Origin: Eutreptiella sp. 'Long Island Sound 2002'
Taxonomy: Eukaryota > Protista > Euglenida
Reading direction: 5' to 3'
DNA: 64,000 bases
Assembly (NCBI GenBank): GCA_964036045.1
Contig: OZ038379.1
Coordinates: 20,088,001-20,152,000, forward strand
Below are positions 35,300 to 48,988 of the stretch, one piece after another. Below the pieces are notes generated by a model. That model was not told the DNA's origin, ran no database searches, and saw nothing but the letters and a program-made list of their open reading frames with translations. How positions within the stretch are numbered: the stretch's first letter is position 1; every line of letters starts with the position of its first letter. A program made the translations under genes and the position numbers.

Positions 35300-36735
35300 G
35301 TCGTATGACAGCCTGGCGCAACCCTACGAACCGACCCCCGAGGAGACACGAGAGGTAACTCAGCTCCTCCCGCACACGCAACACTTACTAGGAGTCGCGA
35401 TACACTACATAGGCCAACCCACAATGAACCGTTGGTACACCGACGGGTCCAAGCGCACGGTAGGGCAAGAGGTAGTTTCTGGGTGGCCTTCCGAGTACAA
35501 GGCCCCCAACAAGTGTACCGGGCAGAAACCATGGCGTGCGCTTTGGCTTCACACCTGGCGCAGCCCGGGTATTAAAATGTTCTACTCAACCAAAGTTAGT
35601 AAAGGCCACAACGGCACCCTGCAAAGGCGTAGTCAAAGACCAATACTACCGTGACCCTGGTTACCAAAATGTAAAGACCGAAAACTTACTGGTGCGCTGG
35701 ACACCAGGACACCGCGAATTACATAGTGCAACCACATACCGAGACTACCTGGACATACAGGGAAACAATGACTCGGACACAATGGCCAACATGGGCGATG
35801 ATTTCCCCATGGAGATGCCACCACCCAAACCTCATGACATCGTTCTCCACGGACACATCATGCCAACACCCGCCAAACATGGACAATGCAACTACGACGA
35901 CAAAAACAAGAAGCAGACATACACTGTGTCAGCTGGATCCGGCCAAAACACTACCGACAGGCCGCATGGGTCCCGTGGTTGTGGGGACAGGTACGTTGGT
36001 GGGGCCAAGGAGCGCCTTGGGAACGCATCCCAACTCTATGCGGTCAATGTGGCCAGCGGCACGGGGGTTCCGTGCAGATGCGGTTGGCCTTGTGCCATAC
36101 TTGGACCATTTTTTGGACTGAGTGGAGGGCTTGGTGGAACGAATGGGCGTCACACGCCCAATCTTGGCTCTAGACAGCAATAGACCACAAAAAGTGGCTG
36201 TGTGGCGACTCCTCATCCCGGTGTCGCTATAAGACACGGTCCCCCAACAAGATCGCCACGGGACCACATGTGTCATTCAGAGGAGAGCTCATGGGATATG
36301 GCTGGGCAGGTGAGCTGCTCTCAGATGCTACAGTTGTTTTGGACAATCAAGCCCTCCAAAAGGTGGCACACCATGCACCGCACAGGGAGGCATCGGATTA
36401 CAAGGGATATTCCCTGCGAAAGGACTTGGCCCAATTTCTATATTACCTGTTCTTGGGAGTGACACAACTACGAGCACAGATGCCCATGCCAATTGCAACG
36501 GAGTATTATAGACCGGACAAGAGACACCATGGTATTGGAAGGTACGGCACATACCATTTCATCCAAACCCGAGAACATGGCGCCTCCGGCAACAAGTACG
36601 ACTACGCAACCGGATACCACAAGACAAGGGAGGGCCAAGATTCAAGAGAAGCTCACGGGGGGGGGGGGGGAGTGGGCACCGATGAATGATGAATGGTGGA
36701 AGTGCATTATTGAGGCTAGAGACGACGGCAACTAG
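35300..36735 (+). mobile_element. Non-LTR retrotransposon 3' part with RNase H domain (frameshifted)
   Basis: RNase H motifs in order: WYTDGSKR (~35430), RVQGPQQVYRAETMACALA, and VRWTPGH...QGNNDSDTMAN. A Cys-rich CGQCGQRHGG..C segment follows. Confidence 0.75.
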
Positions 36736-39700
36736 ATGAGGCCCTAAACACGGTTTCCTGGGTGTGGTAAGGTTCCAACAGGGGTTATTCTCCTCGAATG
36801 GTGCAGACGTGAGGTCCATCATGACATCACAACCCTAGATGAAGGAATGTGAAGAATACAACACAATGCTATGGGAAACATTCCAAACCCAACATCAATG
36901 GATGAGAAGGACGGCACAATTGTTACAACGGACAGTGCACATGGCGGAAAGACATAAGCACTCTGTCATTGAGGTGTGGGGGGGAAATGCACCATGGGCA
37001 AAGGCCTAGCAGCATGCTAGACTAGAAATGCCCTGATTCAATATACGTGGATGAACCAAAATTTCTACCACGATAGGACAAAACATGAGTCATTGTGGGT
37101 CACGACTAGGAAAGAGGGAAGAAAATGGGACAGAAAGTGACAAAGGTAGATGATAAACTAGTCATACATTAGAGAGAGGAACGATGCATCTTGGCCATGC
37201 ATCAGCAGCTGACGTTGATCACAGCAATTGCCACATATCCTCATGGTTGAACATACCAATACCAGAAATCCGAGGGATTGTTTATTAGTGCCTCGGACAG
37301 ACCCGCATGTTAGACAATTGCGGATTGTGGCATAGCCATGACTCCACTGCCAAGATGGGGCCGTACAATGGATTGGCGGAGGAACAAAAAGGGGGGAGGG
37401 GGGCGCTAAACTAGGGTCGTGGTTACTCCCAAGGGGCCATGTTATGTATGTTCACCCTTGGAGGTGGCAGATAGGGCAAGACGGAGGGGTGTTCACATAG
37501 TTTTTATACCAAAGGGTTTATTGTCCTTAGGGGCTTTTGTTGGGGGGATAAAAGGCAACCCATTCCAAGTAAACCCGCCATAAAAGTGGTGTGTGGTGTG
37601 CAAGCAGCGCAGATACTCCGCCTTGGACTTTTTTCCTCGTTTCTACATTATTCCTTCAGCCATTGTTGCTGTTTGGCGAAATGTGCTGATGCTTTTCAAA
37701 ATGCCTATGCAGGACATCGTACTTCCCACTTCCTGTAGAATATGTTTATCAAGATGGAATAAAGGTGGTGAATCGGTGAATCGGCACTCCAAGATTGATT
37801 GTATCTTCTTTGCCATCCCAAGTTCTAAGTCACCACCTCAACGCTCCCCCAACCCTTAATCTGGATCTCTTGGCTGGCTTTCTAGGTGGTCACACGAAAG
37901 GTAACCGAGGTCAAAGTGACGGTTCTCCTCTTGAGGGGGAGAGGGATTGCGCGTCGCGGGGGGGGGGGGGCAGGGCGTTATTACCATCCATGACTCTTGT
38001 GGGGGGGGGGGGGTTGAAGGGGGGGCATGATACATGACCTCAAGATAAAGGGTCCCTGAAGCAACAGTTGCGCCTAGTGCACCCCATTTCTCTGGTGCTT
38101 GAACAGGGGTCCACTTTTTTTCTTTTCACATCGCCTTACGTTACCTCACTGCCCACAACATCACCATAGTGCCTATTCTCCGCCCCCCTTGGTCGCCGTA
38201 TCATGTGCTTTCCCTCCCCCCTAGCCCCACCGCCCTCCCCGTCCTCCCCCCAAGCATTCGCTACTTATTTGGGCTGAGTAATAGTAGCGTGATGCTTTGA
38301 GGTCCGAACTGACAAATGTGGCCTAGCCACCTAGCCCTACTGCAAAGGCTCATGAGGACGAATCTGCACGACTCCCAATATATTTTTTTCTAGCAACGGG
38401 TTGTTGTTTTGTGTTGCGTTGTTTTGTTTTCGTTTTGCATGTGCTGGTGCCCCCTGCCAAACTCAACTCCTCTTCTCATTTAGGTACAAATGTATGCAAC
38501 AAGCGCCCGTGTTTGGTATCATTCTCGCAGCAAGGGTGCTCCACTCTTCGCAACTGTCATCGGTCCCTAACCTCCTCCACCTGAGTTCCTACACATTCAA
38601 CACCAAGATACAAGGGTCATTGTTGCGGACCATACCTCAACGGAGTCATCTCAGTTGAGCGCATTAGGGGTTGCATGTCCCAAATCGCCGGGATCTCGTG
38701 TTGTTGTCCTTCTCCGCAACGAGCACACACAGCTGCACCAAAGGCACCTATACCTAATACTCAGAATTGAACAGTCGTTTAAACACAACACAAAGAGGCC
38801 AAGGCATTCTTCACATGAGGGGAGGCGAGGGTCACGTGCTGGGATGGAGCGACCTCAGCCACTACCTTTCCGCTTTTTGCAATTTATATGATCTTTGCCG
38901 CAGGTCAGCAAATGGATTATCATTTGCAATTATTTTGTTTGTTGCCTTCGAATTTGGTCTGCAATGCCCGAGTCCAAGCGGAGGACGATAGCTTTCGCGA
39001 TAGATTAGCACATGCTGGTGCAAACAGTGAGCAGTACCAGCAGTGATAGGAGTGGCACTACCACACGGCAGCCACTACCATCGTTTTCTTACTCGTTGAT
39101 GGGATGCGCGTTATGGTGGCTCAGTACCATGCACAACTCCTTGCTCGGGGGTTGGACATGCAGGGTGCCGATCTCTTGCTAGAGTGGGCAGCGCCCGAAA
39201 TGAGGACCACGAGGCCTTGCTTTACCTTGCCCTTTTCGAGGCGGTTGCTACCCTCATTTTGGTTGTCTATGACAGAGTGTGGCGTCCTACCGACTAGACA
39301 CCAAATGAGCAACACATTTCGCACGCATGCAAAGCACGGACTACTGAAAAGCACACCAAGTTTCTAAGTGTTGCATGCCATGTCCCGTCCGAAATTCACT
39401 AGCCAATTCGTAGCAATGCTGGGAACATCGCGTCTGAAAAGGCTTCCGATGTTTTTGCCATTTCTGTAATTTCGGAAGCCACGTTGCCGAAATTGGTCGC
39501 AACCAGCTTGCCACATTTCGGGAGCATGCTTCCAAAAGGGTATGGGTAATTGCTTGCATTTCTAAGGAGATGTGCTACCAAAACAACTTCCCCTATCCCA
39601 TGGTGATACCATGGGTTGTCACAAAAAAGTCACAATCCCACCCACGCTACTGTCCCCCACGCATGTCTACCTAATGCTCGCCGTATGCGAAAATCATGTG

Positions 39701-40756
39701 TTGCAATGTTGCGTTGTACTTGCTTCCTCTTGTGCTCTTGTGGCCCACACCCTCCATCCCTTCCTTCCCATTACAGTTTTCGAAATGTGAGGAAAGTGAA
39801 CTCCTTAGGTCCTACCAGGATGTATCAGAATGGGTGGTTGCGGGGAAACCTACTGTGATAGGGGTTCCTCCGTGTCGTTGTCCCAAGGTGACAGAGGGCC
39901 ATTTCCCAAGAGCTGCAGCTCGGGGACGTCCCACAGTGACAAGTATTCGGGAGGGACCGGGTCAGACTGTTGGGCGCCCAGCTACAAAAATTCCCGGGGC
40001 AACGCCTGGAACACAGGAAGAAAGAGTAACGTTTGCGATAGATTAATCAAAATCAAATGTCATCTCCGCTTGCGCAGGATCGTTTCACTATTCTGCCCAA
40101 CTAATGCCTGACATACACACCACGATGACCCCATGCTCCCAAACTCGTCAATGGAGATGACAAAATGTGCAATTCCTTTTGTTTTGTTCCTTTTTTTTTC
40201 TTTTTGGCTAACAACCAACCCAACCAAATGTGTTCTGCCATTGTCCCCTTGAGAGAAGCATGTGCATGGGGCATGTGCTGGGCCCTGCATGCGGCGGCAC
40301 GATGACAAGGACGAACAATTGCAAGGGCCTCCTCTGAGTGGAATATGGTCCACACACAACCGCACCGGTGACCTGCTACTCCGGCGGCTCTGCGGGTCTA
40401 GGGCCCCTATACTCCTATTGCACCTCTTGGGGGTGTGTGGTGCTGTCGGGCCCCGTGTCAAGCATGATGTGGGACAAAGAAATTGTGTGACGGGCACCCG
40501 TGCGCCGGTGGGAGTTGGTCGCGGCTATCCATTGGTCTATTGAAGCCGTCACAGGGACGAGGATGTGGTCACCTTGGGCCAAATTTGGGCTTAGGTGGTG
40601 TAAGTTTGCAGCCTACATTTTCGTGTTTACATGTTGTTCCTAATTGGGGAACTCATAAATCGAAAAAGCCGTTCATAAAATGCCCCGCTGCCGATTTGTG
40701 AATTGTGAGCACGTTTTGTGAACACAAATTATGAACACCCTTTATGAACACAGGTC

Positions 40757-41913
40757 GTGCAGTCCATTATTGACTGCAAAAAGTTTTGCTGGTGGGACAC
40801 CTGGGTGCTGGCAGCAATCCTCCTTGGAGGGAACCAACCGTGGCTGCGGCTGTTGTTTGGCATCAGTGTGGCACCCCAAGTGGGGAGCATTTTCAATCAA
40901 GCTGTCTGGGACAATACGGCCAAGTGGTGGCATGGCGTCGACGTGGGGAGGACAACCGAGTCCGACGCCGCGAATCGTCGTCGGTATCGGGTGACCGGCA
41001 GAAGTTTGGATGCGGCAGGATGCACCGCCGAGCCGTTGTTGGTCATAGCCGGAAACCAGGTATTTTTGTGCAATTTACATTGTTGCATGGCGATGGGTCG
41101 CCTCTTTGTGGCCTTCTTGGAGGCCCAGGAGGCAAATCATCTGCCTAAGGTACCAGGGGAGGTGCAAAAATTTTTGCAAACTGATTTCTAAACCGATAAG
41201 ATTATGAACCGGCCTATGAACGACTTGAACGACTTCTGGCCCGCCTTCATGCGCAGCGTGTGGCAGCTCAAGCTCCAGCTCAAGTGCAAGCTCAAGCTCA
41301 AGCTCCACCTCAAGCTCCTCCTCAATGTCTCCCTCAAGCCCCGACTCAAGCCCAATCCTCGGGGCAACCCCCCGCCGCTCTCCCTGCATCCCCACCCGCC
41401 GACGACTCCTCGAGTAGCGAGTCGTCGGACTCGTTAGCCCAGGAGAAGAAGAGGAGGGGGGAGGAGGAGAGGAAGGAGGAGAAGAAGAGGAAGACGGAGA
41501 AGAAGAAGGAGAAGAAAAAGAAGAAGGAGGAGGCAGCGGGTGGGGTGGGGGTGAAAGAGGAGGTGCTCGACAAGATCAAGGAGGTGAAAGCGCAGGTGGA
41601 GGAGGTGGTGGTGGAGGAGGCAGCGGGTGGGGGGGCTTTGGTTGTGACCCCGTGGTTGAAGGGGGAGGGGGGCCATGCATGGGGTCTGAGCCATGCCAAC
41701 CACCGCAACGCGGTAACCCTCCCCTGGGTGCAGGCAGCCCTAGACAGCGGGTACTCCCCTAATGCCCCCCTTTTTACATCGGTTGACGTTGCGTATGTCA
41801 CCCTGCGCTGGGTATTTCGCCGTCTTTTGCGGCACCGGATCCGGAACAAGGGTGAGGGGGGGGGGGGGGGGGCTTGGCGGAACACAGGGCGGGCATGGAC
41901 ATGGAAGCCCTAG
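40757..41913 (+). other. Two ORF fragments of unknown function, probably TE-derived
   Basis: 40757-41191 contains LHCCMAMGRLFVAFLE. 41260-41913 has a Q/A repeat and a K/E-rich tract. No domain was confidently recognised. Confidence 0.25.
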
Positions 41914-44077
41914 CCGGGAAAACCCCTGTCCCCCATCACCAAACCAAGTAGTGCCAAGGACTTGACGCAAGCTAAAGTTTTTACAGGCCCACGGGGTGCC
42001 TTGATGCGGGGGTCCCATTGGGAACTATGCTTCCTCCACTGTGGGATATGCACGCAAAGTTGAGGTGCGTGTTTTAGATATGGGCTAAGAACATTGTCTA
42101 AGTGGTCCAAGATCCCCGTCAGAAGGCAGACGTCATCGCCTTGGACGGGAGTGAGGCCAAAGAGGACCACTCACCCTCTAGACCCCAACCCACCTACCCA
42201 GCTTGTGGAGTACGCGCCGTCAGAGCAGCCCACAAACAACCTGCCCACCCTGCCCCCATCTAGCTCCCGGAACAAGACAACAAGGTGCCCTTGCCAAATG
42301 CATGTGGCAGTCAAGCCGCGGTGCCGGATTCATGGTGCCGTGCACCCACACTCAAAACTTCTACGGGGTCACATCACTACCGAAGTACCCGAGCTTTTGT
42401 AGCCTAGCGTTCACGCGCCCCTACATGTGCCCACCCGCCCGAAGAAGTGCCTGTCTTGCGGGGTAGATTGGGCTGACATTCTTTCGGCGGCGGCCCATCG
42501 ACATGCCATGCTTTGGCGGGTGTCCTACCCATCCATCACGCCCCTCTATTCTCTCTTGTGGTTTGAGACCACGAATTGGGTGTGCGATGCTTGACACCAA
42601 GTATTTGGCTAATGATTCTGGTTGTGATTCTAATTCTACTCCTAATCTTGGCAGTCCTTCCCCAAGTGTAGCAACATCTGGTGGGTCACCAGATGAGGAT
42701 GGTGCGCCAATTTCAAGGTGCAGTGTCACCTTGGACACCAAGACTACTTCAGATTTGATGTTTCTCACATCAGTTGATAGTGACCTCTTTACACACCCTG
42801 CCTTCCTGGTTTCCCTTCCATGGCTTATTTCCACGTTTGGTGAAGGGTTTTGTGGTCTACACCCTGAAGAATCAGTCCACAATTTTTGGGGAATGGCCCA
42901 TTGCCGATCAGGAATTACCACAAGACTTGTGCGCAGCAAGGGGTAAAAAAACAACAAAAAGAAAACATTTTGATCCTAGAAGCATTTATCAGTTGCCCCA
43001 AGGGTGATCACCGCAGAAACTCTTTGTGTTCACGAATATCATCACCCTTAAGCATCACCAATGGCGAAATTTGTTTGTTCAACGGATGCGTGCATTGCTA
43101 TTTTTCTGAGGGGCAGGGGGCTTAGCGCAGTGTGCGCGCACTGCAACTATTTGGGTGTCTGGTCGTACTAGAAACACATACTTCTTGATTCTAGGGGCAT
43201 CGTTGTTGTTTGACAACAGGTTTTTGATGCTTCCTCCGCACTGGGCATATGGCATATCTGCGCTTTCACCCAGTTTCACCAATTTTCACCCATTTTCACC
43301 CCTTTTCACAATCTTTGCTCATTTCCCCGCATTTTCTCCTTTCTAGGTTGTTTTTTGGTTGTGAAGGGAAAGGTAGAGCCTGACGGCCGGGAGGTTTGGT
43401 CCCTCTTGCAATGTTGGACTGACAGGGTTCCATTGTTAGGTGAGGATGCCCAGGTTTATGCTGCCATTGTAGCCATGCGCATACCGGTTGCCAAAATGTA
43501 CAGCACCATGCACCATGTACCAACCAGAGGCACTACAAAGCACCTGTGGTTGCTAGGGCCTTTCGCCAGCATGTGTGACACCGTAAAAAGTCTCCCTACC
43601 TAAACTGGCTTGAGCACGATGCTCTCGCCACTCTAACCCACATCAAGCACTTTGGGTTGGGTATGTCTTATGGGAAAGGAAGGTAGCTTGCCAGCGTCTC
43701 GAGCTAGGGTTGCCGGGGTGGCCTAATTTTGAAGGTGTTTGGAAAGGGTGTGTCTGGGGCTCTCCAGGGGAGGGGGGACTTGGTCTAAAAGTAGCGTGCA
43801 GTGCAAGGATTCTCCTTGGGCATTGGTACCGTTCCTTTATGGGGCTTGCTAGTAGCTCCCCTGTGCGTACCTTTTGGAAGTCCTACTGCTGGGGTTCATT
43901 TCTGTTTGGTAGTGTGCTGGCCAGTGCCGATTCGATTCGAGATTGTGTGTCTTGTGTGGTGTTAATGTTTGCTGCCAACATTTGCTTCCGGAAGGAATGC
44001 CGTTGTTTGGACCCTCAGGGTTCTGCCAGGTTCAATCCAAACCAACTGCTACAACGCCGCTGCAGAGGAAGTGCAAT

Positions 44078-44887
44078 ATGTTCTCATTTTCTCATGGCTC
44101 ATCTACCTCCGGTAGCTCATTCCTCGGTGGGCACAATGCCCAGCCCAATACTTCAATGTTTCACTGGGGGGTTGGATGCACTGCACCGTCAAAGATTGCG
44201 TTTCATGACGTCATCAACCCCCATCACCCCATCACAAAGTGGTGGGAGCCCGAGCTGCACCCCATGGCCGATGCTCGGAGCACCTTCCGGTACGCCGCCC
44301 AATCAGTGCCCCTGGACTCCGAAGAAGGCCAACATGTTCAGGGGAAGCTGTTCTCCACGGATCCTTCTACGAACCTCCACGCCGTGTGGCGGCTGCAGAA
44401 CCGGAGGGTGCTGAACAAGTGGAACGCGTACTACACGGAGCTGCAGGAGGACCTGAGGGAGGAGGGCACAGACCGCAGCCCAGCGATCGTGACCGTATAC
44501 CACGGGTGCCGGGACCGGTTCAGCCTCAACTGCATCGCTCATTCGGGGTTCGACGTCATGTACTCCAAATCCGACCACAGCAAGAACGCCTACGGCCACG
44601 GCGCGTACTTCGGGGCACGCCTGAAGGTGAGCAAGCGGTACTGCTGCATTCCTCCGCTGGAGCTTGTACAGAGCGGGGCACCGCCCGCATCCAGCGTGGC
44701 CTTCATGGTGCTGTTGACCGGTGCGGACCGGACGCTGGGGAACTGGAGGGACGTGAGGCCCGAGGTCATTCCCGCGTCCAAGATCTTCCGGCGGTACGAC
44801 ACCTTCTGCGACAGACAACCGCCGGACATTTACGTCGCTACGGACAACGGGCAGGCGTATCCGGCGTACATTCTCTGCTTCGATTGA
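44078..44887 (+). CDS. PARP-family ADP-ribosyltransferase catalytic domain (mono-ART type)
   Basis: Motifs VWRLQN, VYHGC, AYGHGAYF and DIYVATDNGQAYPAYI. The third triad position is Ile rather than Glu. An in-frame phase-0 acceptor at CAG 44027-29 means this could be a terminal exon. Confidence 0.88.
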   Translation: MFSFSHGSSTSGSSFLGGHNAQPNTSMFHWGVGCTAPSKIAFHDVINPHHPITKWWEPELHPMADARSTFRYAAQSVPLDSEEGQHVQGKLFSTDPSTNLHAVWRLQNRRVLNKWNAYYTELQEDLREEGTDRSPAIVTVYHGCRDRFSLNCIAHSGFDVMYSKSDHSKNAYGHGAYFGARLKVSKRYCCIPPLELVQSGAPPASSVAFMVLLTGADRTLGNWRDVRPEVIPASKIFRRYDTFCDRQPPDIYVATDNGQAYPAYILCFD

Positions 44888-46152
44888 GCCCTTTGGGGGT
44901 CGGTGCCCGGGACAAAAGGCCCCCGCTCTCCGTCGTGTCTCCCCAGAGCACCTCGTGTGCATGATCCATTTCCATGTGTTGAGTCCGCGTTGCTGCGCTG
45001 TCTGAGGGTCGCGTGGCAGCATCCCCGTCTGAGTGTCGTTTGCCCTGACCTCGGCCGTGCAGGGGCGGTGAGTGGGGGAGGGGGGGAGGCTATTCCCCTG
45101 CTCCTCGACACGGGTCTGAACTTCCGGCCGACGCCGGACCGGCCACAAAGCAATGCAACCGTGGCACGAGCTGCGCGCGTTCCAGCGGAGGGTGTTCTGC
45201 TCTGTTGCCGAGTGTGTGACCTCGTAGCGATGGGCGCCGGGAGGTTGGAGCGGAGCGGTGTTGGGCTGGCGATGGGCGAAAGCTCTGGGGTTTTGGAATG
45301 GGGCGGGCCGCAGACTGACCTTTGGTCGGAGCATGTTGGCGTGCAGGCGGTGTAATTACTGCCCGTCCCCTCCGCCTTGGCCTGCACCATCTGTGGACCG
45401 GAGTGGCCTCTAGAGCGCCCTGAACTGCCCTGCAGGGCCAACAGGACCAGTGGCTCAGCGGGTCGGATGGAGGGATCGCACGGTGTGGGCAGGGGCCACC
45501 CCCCCTCAGGGGACATCAACCCGGGGTGTCCTTCAGGGCGTTTGTTGTGTTGTTCCTCAGGACCGGACTGCAGGACGGGCCTCAGGACGGGTAGTTACCG
45601 GCCAACCGCCGTCGGTCAGACGCCAACTCCGAGTCATCAATGGCCCCAGTTTTTGTTCATTAAGCACCGACTGCTACCAGCTGCTGTCAGTTGAATGCTA
45701 CTTGTCGTCAGGTAGTGGCTCGTGGTGTGTGATGCTCCGGCACTGTCAGTTGGCGACTGCGCCGTGTGACGTTTTTGTTGAGGCATAACGGAACATCCGC
45801 CCCCTCTTTTATTACACCCATGAACAGTGTAGTCGGGGCCTCTTGCAGCATGCGAATGATATGGCAATGCACTGTTTCCTGCATCCACCTCAACATGACC
45901 CGAGGTCACCGACGTGGCTGTCAAAGCAAGCTCCAGCTGGTGGCTGTGATACAGATCTGCAGTCAGTCCGGGCATTCAGCTGATGATTGATGCCAGGAGT
46001 TAATCTGCGCTGAGATAGCCCCAGTTGCAGAGGTAGAGGTAAGGGGCCTGATTTTCCAGCTGAGTCCGCAAGCAACTTGTTGGTATACCTGCTGTCTCAG
46101 AATCACGCGGCAGTCTTGAAAATATCCTGAGTCCATAATCAAGGAAGGGATT

Positions 46153-46216
46153 GAGGGAGGGAGGGAGGGAGGGAGGGAGGGAGGGAGGGAGGGAGGGAGG
46201 GAGGGAGGGAGGGAGG
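46153..46216 (+). repeat. (GGGA)n microsatellite
   Basis: About 16 perfect GAGG units. Confidence 0.95.
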
Positions 46217-47779
46217 ACAGAGGGGTTGGATTGGTGTGGATCAGCCATCAATGTGATCACCTTCTTTCCTGCAACCACCATACCTTCCACGCGGCCGTTG
46301 GCGCCCATACGTGCACCGCCCCTCCCTCCCTGCTCCGCACGTGCAGGCACGGCAGCAGCCAATACAGAGGCAAGTGGTCCGTGTGGGGACGGGTCACACC
46401 GACCCCACACTGCTGAGCCCCCTCCCCAATCCGGTGCCAGGCCAAAGTGAGTCACTCTCTTTTGCACAGCGCCCCGAATCTGAAGCTGGCCTTTATGGCC
46501 TCGCCCCCACCCCCACCCCTTTTCGATGCCAAACCCCCGTTAGGGTACAGCTGTAGCCACCCTGCAACGGTTCTTCAAAGTTGGATGCAGCCTCTGTTGA
46601 CTGGGTACTTGTGATGATCCGCGGTGCTGACTCTTTGCAGGGCCGTCGCATCAGGTCCCGACTGTGCAGTCACCATACATGAGACCGCGACGGGAATCAT
46701 GGTGGACAGTGCCAAGAGACTATGCCTCAGTTTCGGACCGCTCCAGAACTCATTTCTTGTTTTTTGTGTGACTTAGATTTTGCGTTCGGTTTCAGCTTCC
46801 CAATCGGTTGCTATGTGTTCTCACCTTCGCTTATCTTCCAACCGCTGCTGGCTGTCAACGGTTCTGGACCCATTCCTTGATTTTTTGCATGATTTTGCTT
46901 CTCTGTTTCGTTTCTCCAATGGTTTGTATTACCGTCGCTTAAGTTTTCGGCCGCCGTCAGTTTACCCATCAATTGCCGTCGGCGATTGTTTCTCCGTCGC
47001 CGGTTGTCTTTCAACCGCCCTCGATCCATATACGTTCCTCTAGTCTTTGTTTTCTGCTCCTCTGTGGGTGTTTCTTACGATGCTGTGTTTAGGTCGATTT
47101 GAGGTCCATCTGCAGCCTCTTCATTTTGTCAATTTTCTCCGTCCTCCACTTTGTGGAAGAGGATTCAGACAAATCAGGATGGCACTCAAGGGCAGCTCTC
47201 TCCCGACTGTTGGGCTGCTTGGGGCACCAAAAGGTCGTTGTGCACGGCCCATCACAAACGATTTCCATGAGGGAGGCCATAGCGGCAAATACATCCGAAA
47301 ACCTCGCAGTCAACGAAATGTTGCATGTTGTGTTCGTGCCCTGTTGTGTATGCCCTAGCCATCTATGTCAGAGCGGTTGTGCACTGTCGGATTTCGAGGA
47401 TGCAGCGAGCTCCAACACCCGAGCATCGCGGAGAATGCCTGTCAAAGCCCTGCACAATTAAGGGCTGGTTTTTAAGGGTTGGTACACAATTCAAAGAGCC
47501 CATTTTCAGGCTTTACCCGTGTTTGTCCATCAGCCACCATGGCCCTGTTCATTTGCCATGTGTGTGCCCGCCACCTTTATGCAACAGCTTTGTCCTCCCC
47601 TGTTGTGATGCAACGTTTTCGTGTTCCGCGCTCTGGGTCACGCACAATCTAAGCAGAGTTGAAAGCCACTGCAGCTGCGGTTATGGCCAACAGGCAAAAG
47701 CAGCAGCAAAGCATTGGAATGCCCCACACCTGTGTTCATGTGTTTGAGATATGCAGCAATGGATTTGTGGCCATCCGGA

Positions 47780-48030
47780 CTTAACAGCGAGCATTCAACA
47801 ACAAGCATCCAAAGGCCTCCAAGAGTTGACACCAACCATCCGGAAGCCTCCAGGAATAACAGCAATCATCGAGAAGCACCGTGAAAAAAACAGCAAGCAA
47901 CCAAAAGCCACTAGCCATTAACAGCAATCATCCCCACGCCTCCAGGGATTGGCAACAACCATTCAAAAGCAACCAAGCATTAATAGCAAGCATCCAAGAG
48001 CCCCAGGGAATTTCTAACAACTATTCAGGG
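47780..48030 (+). repeat. Degenerate tandem repeat
   Basis: Recurrent CAGCAA(T/G)CATCC...AAGC units. Confidence 0.55.
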
Positions 48031-48610
48031 GGTTCGAGGAAGTGACAGCAAGCATCTAGAAGCTGGAGCCGGTGCCTGCATGAGTGCAAATGGATTTTCA
48101 GAATACAGTGCATTACTAAACGCCTGGTTTTCAAGGATCTTGCACAGAATGAAACGCAGCATACTCTGCCGAATCGAATCCCCCCCCCCCCCGGCACCCC
48201 ACCTGCTGGTAGCGGTCATGCGGTATGGAGAGTGTGTGTTGTGCACACATTTCGTGTCGTACCACAGATCCATGTTCCACGGTAGTGGACACATTGATGT
48301 TTAGCAGCACCAACTCAAATGGCTCACGCGACATTGCATCCTGGTGATTTTTTTTTTTGCAGCTGTTTGCACCATTTAAGGAGTGCATTACTCCATGGAG
48401 GGACAAGAATGTTCACAAAAGCCCCTAGATTGTCCTCGATATTTCTATTTTGAGTAATTTCGCCACAGCCATTTACAGTGCGTGCCATGGGCTGTGACTG
48501 TGGTCAGCTAGGGCTTAGAAAGGGAGGTGGGCGGGGTTGCCATGGTAATAATTGGGCCTTTGGTGCTGAGCATAGACACACTCTCATGCAGTTGGCCAAA
48601 AGAGACTACC

Positions 48611-48910
48611 AACAGCAGCAGCAGCAGCAGCAACGGCAATGGTAATGACGATGGCAACATCAGCAACAACAACAACAACAACAGCACCAGCACCAGCACC
48701 AGCACCAGCACCAGCACCAGCACCAGCACCAGCACCAGCACCAGCACCAGCAACAGCAGCGGCGACGGCGGCGGCGGCGGCAGAAGCAGCAACAACAACG
48801 CCAGCATCATCAACAACAGCTGCTGCAGCAGCAATCACAACAACTGCAACAACAACTGCAATGACGTCTGCAACAACAACGGCTGCTGCTGCTGCTGCAA
48901 CGGCAACAAT
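48611..48910 (+). repeat. Compound microsatellite (CAG, AAC, AGCACC, GGC, CTG)
   Basis: Directly visible runs immediately upstream of the carrier CDS. Confidence 0.95.
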
Positions 48911-48988
48911 GACTTTCGTATTTTCGGACTTATCGCCTCGCCACTGCAGGTTGGCCATTTGTTTCCGCCACTGCGCCTCGACACACCA

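Noticed and set aside
44885-44887. TGA stops of the PARP and carrier genes as possible Sec codons
   Set aside because: Both fall at the natural domain end, the downstream sequence is not coding-like, and no SECIS-like fold was seen.
45020-45040. TCTGAGTGTC match to the euglenid spliced-leader core
   Set aside because: Only 10 nt match, without the rest of the SL exon or the donor site. Expected by chance.
48527-48988. Poly-S/N/T N-terminal extension of the carrier, and long antisense ORFs (48584-50176 etc.)
   Set aside because: These are microsatellite-derived and shadow ORFs produced by high GC3 on the real coding strand.
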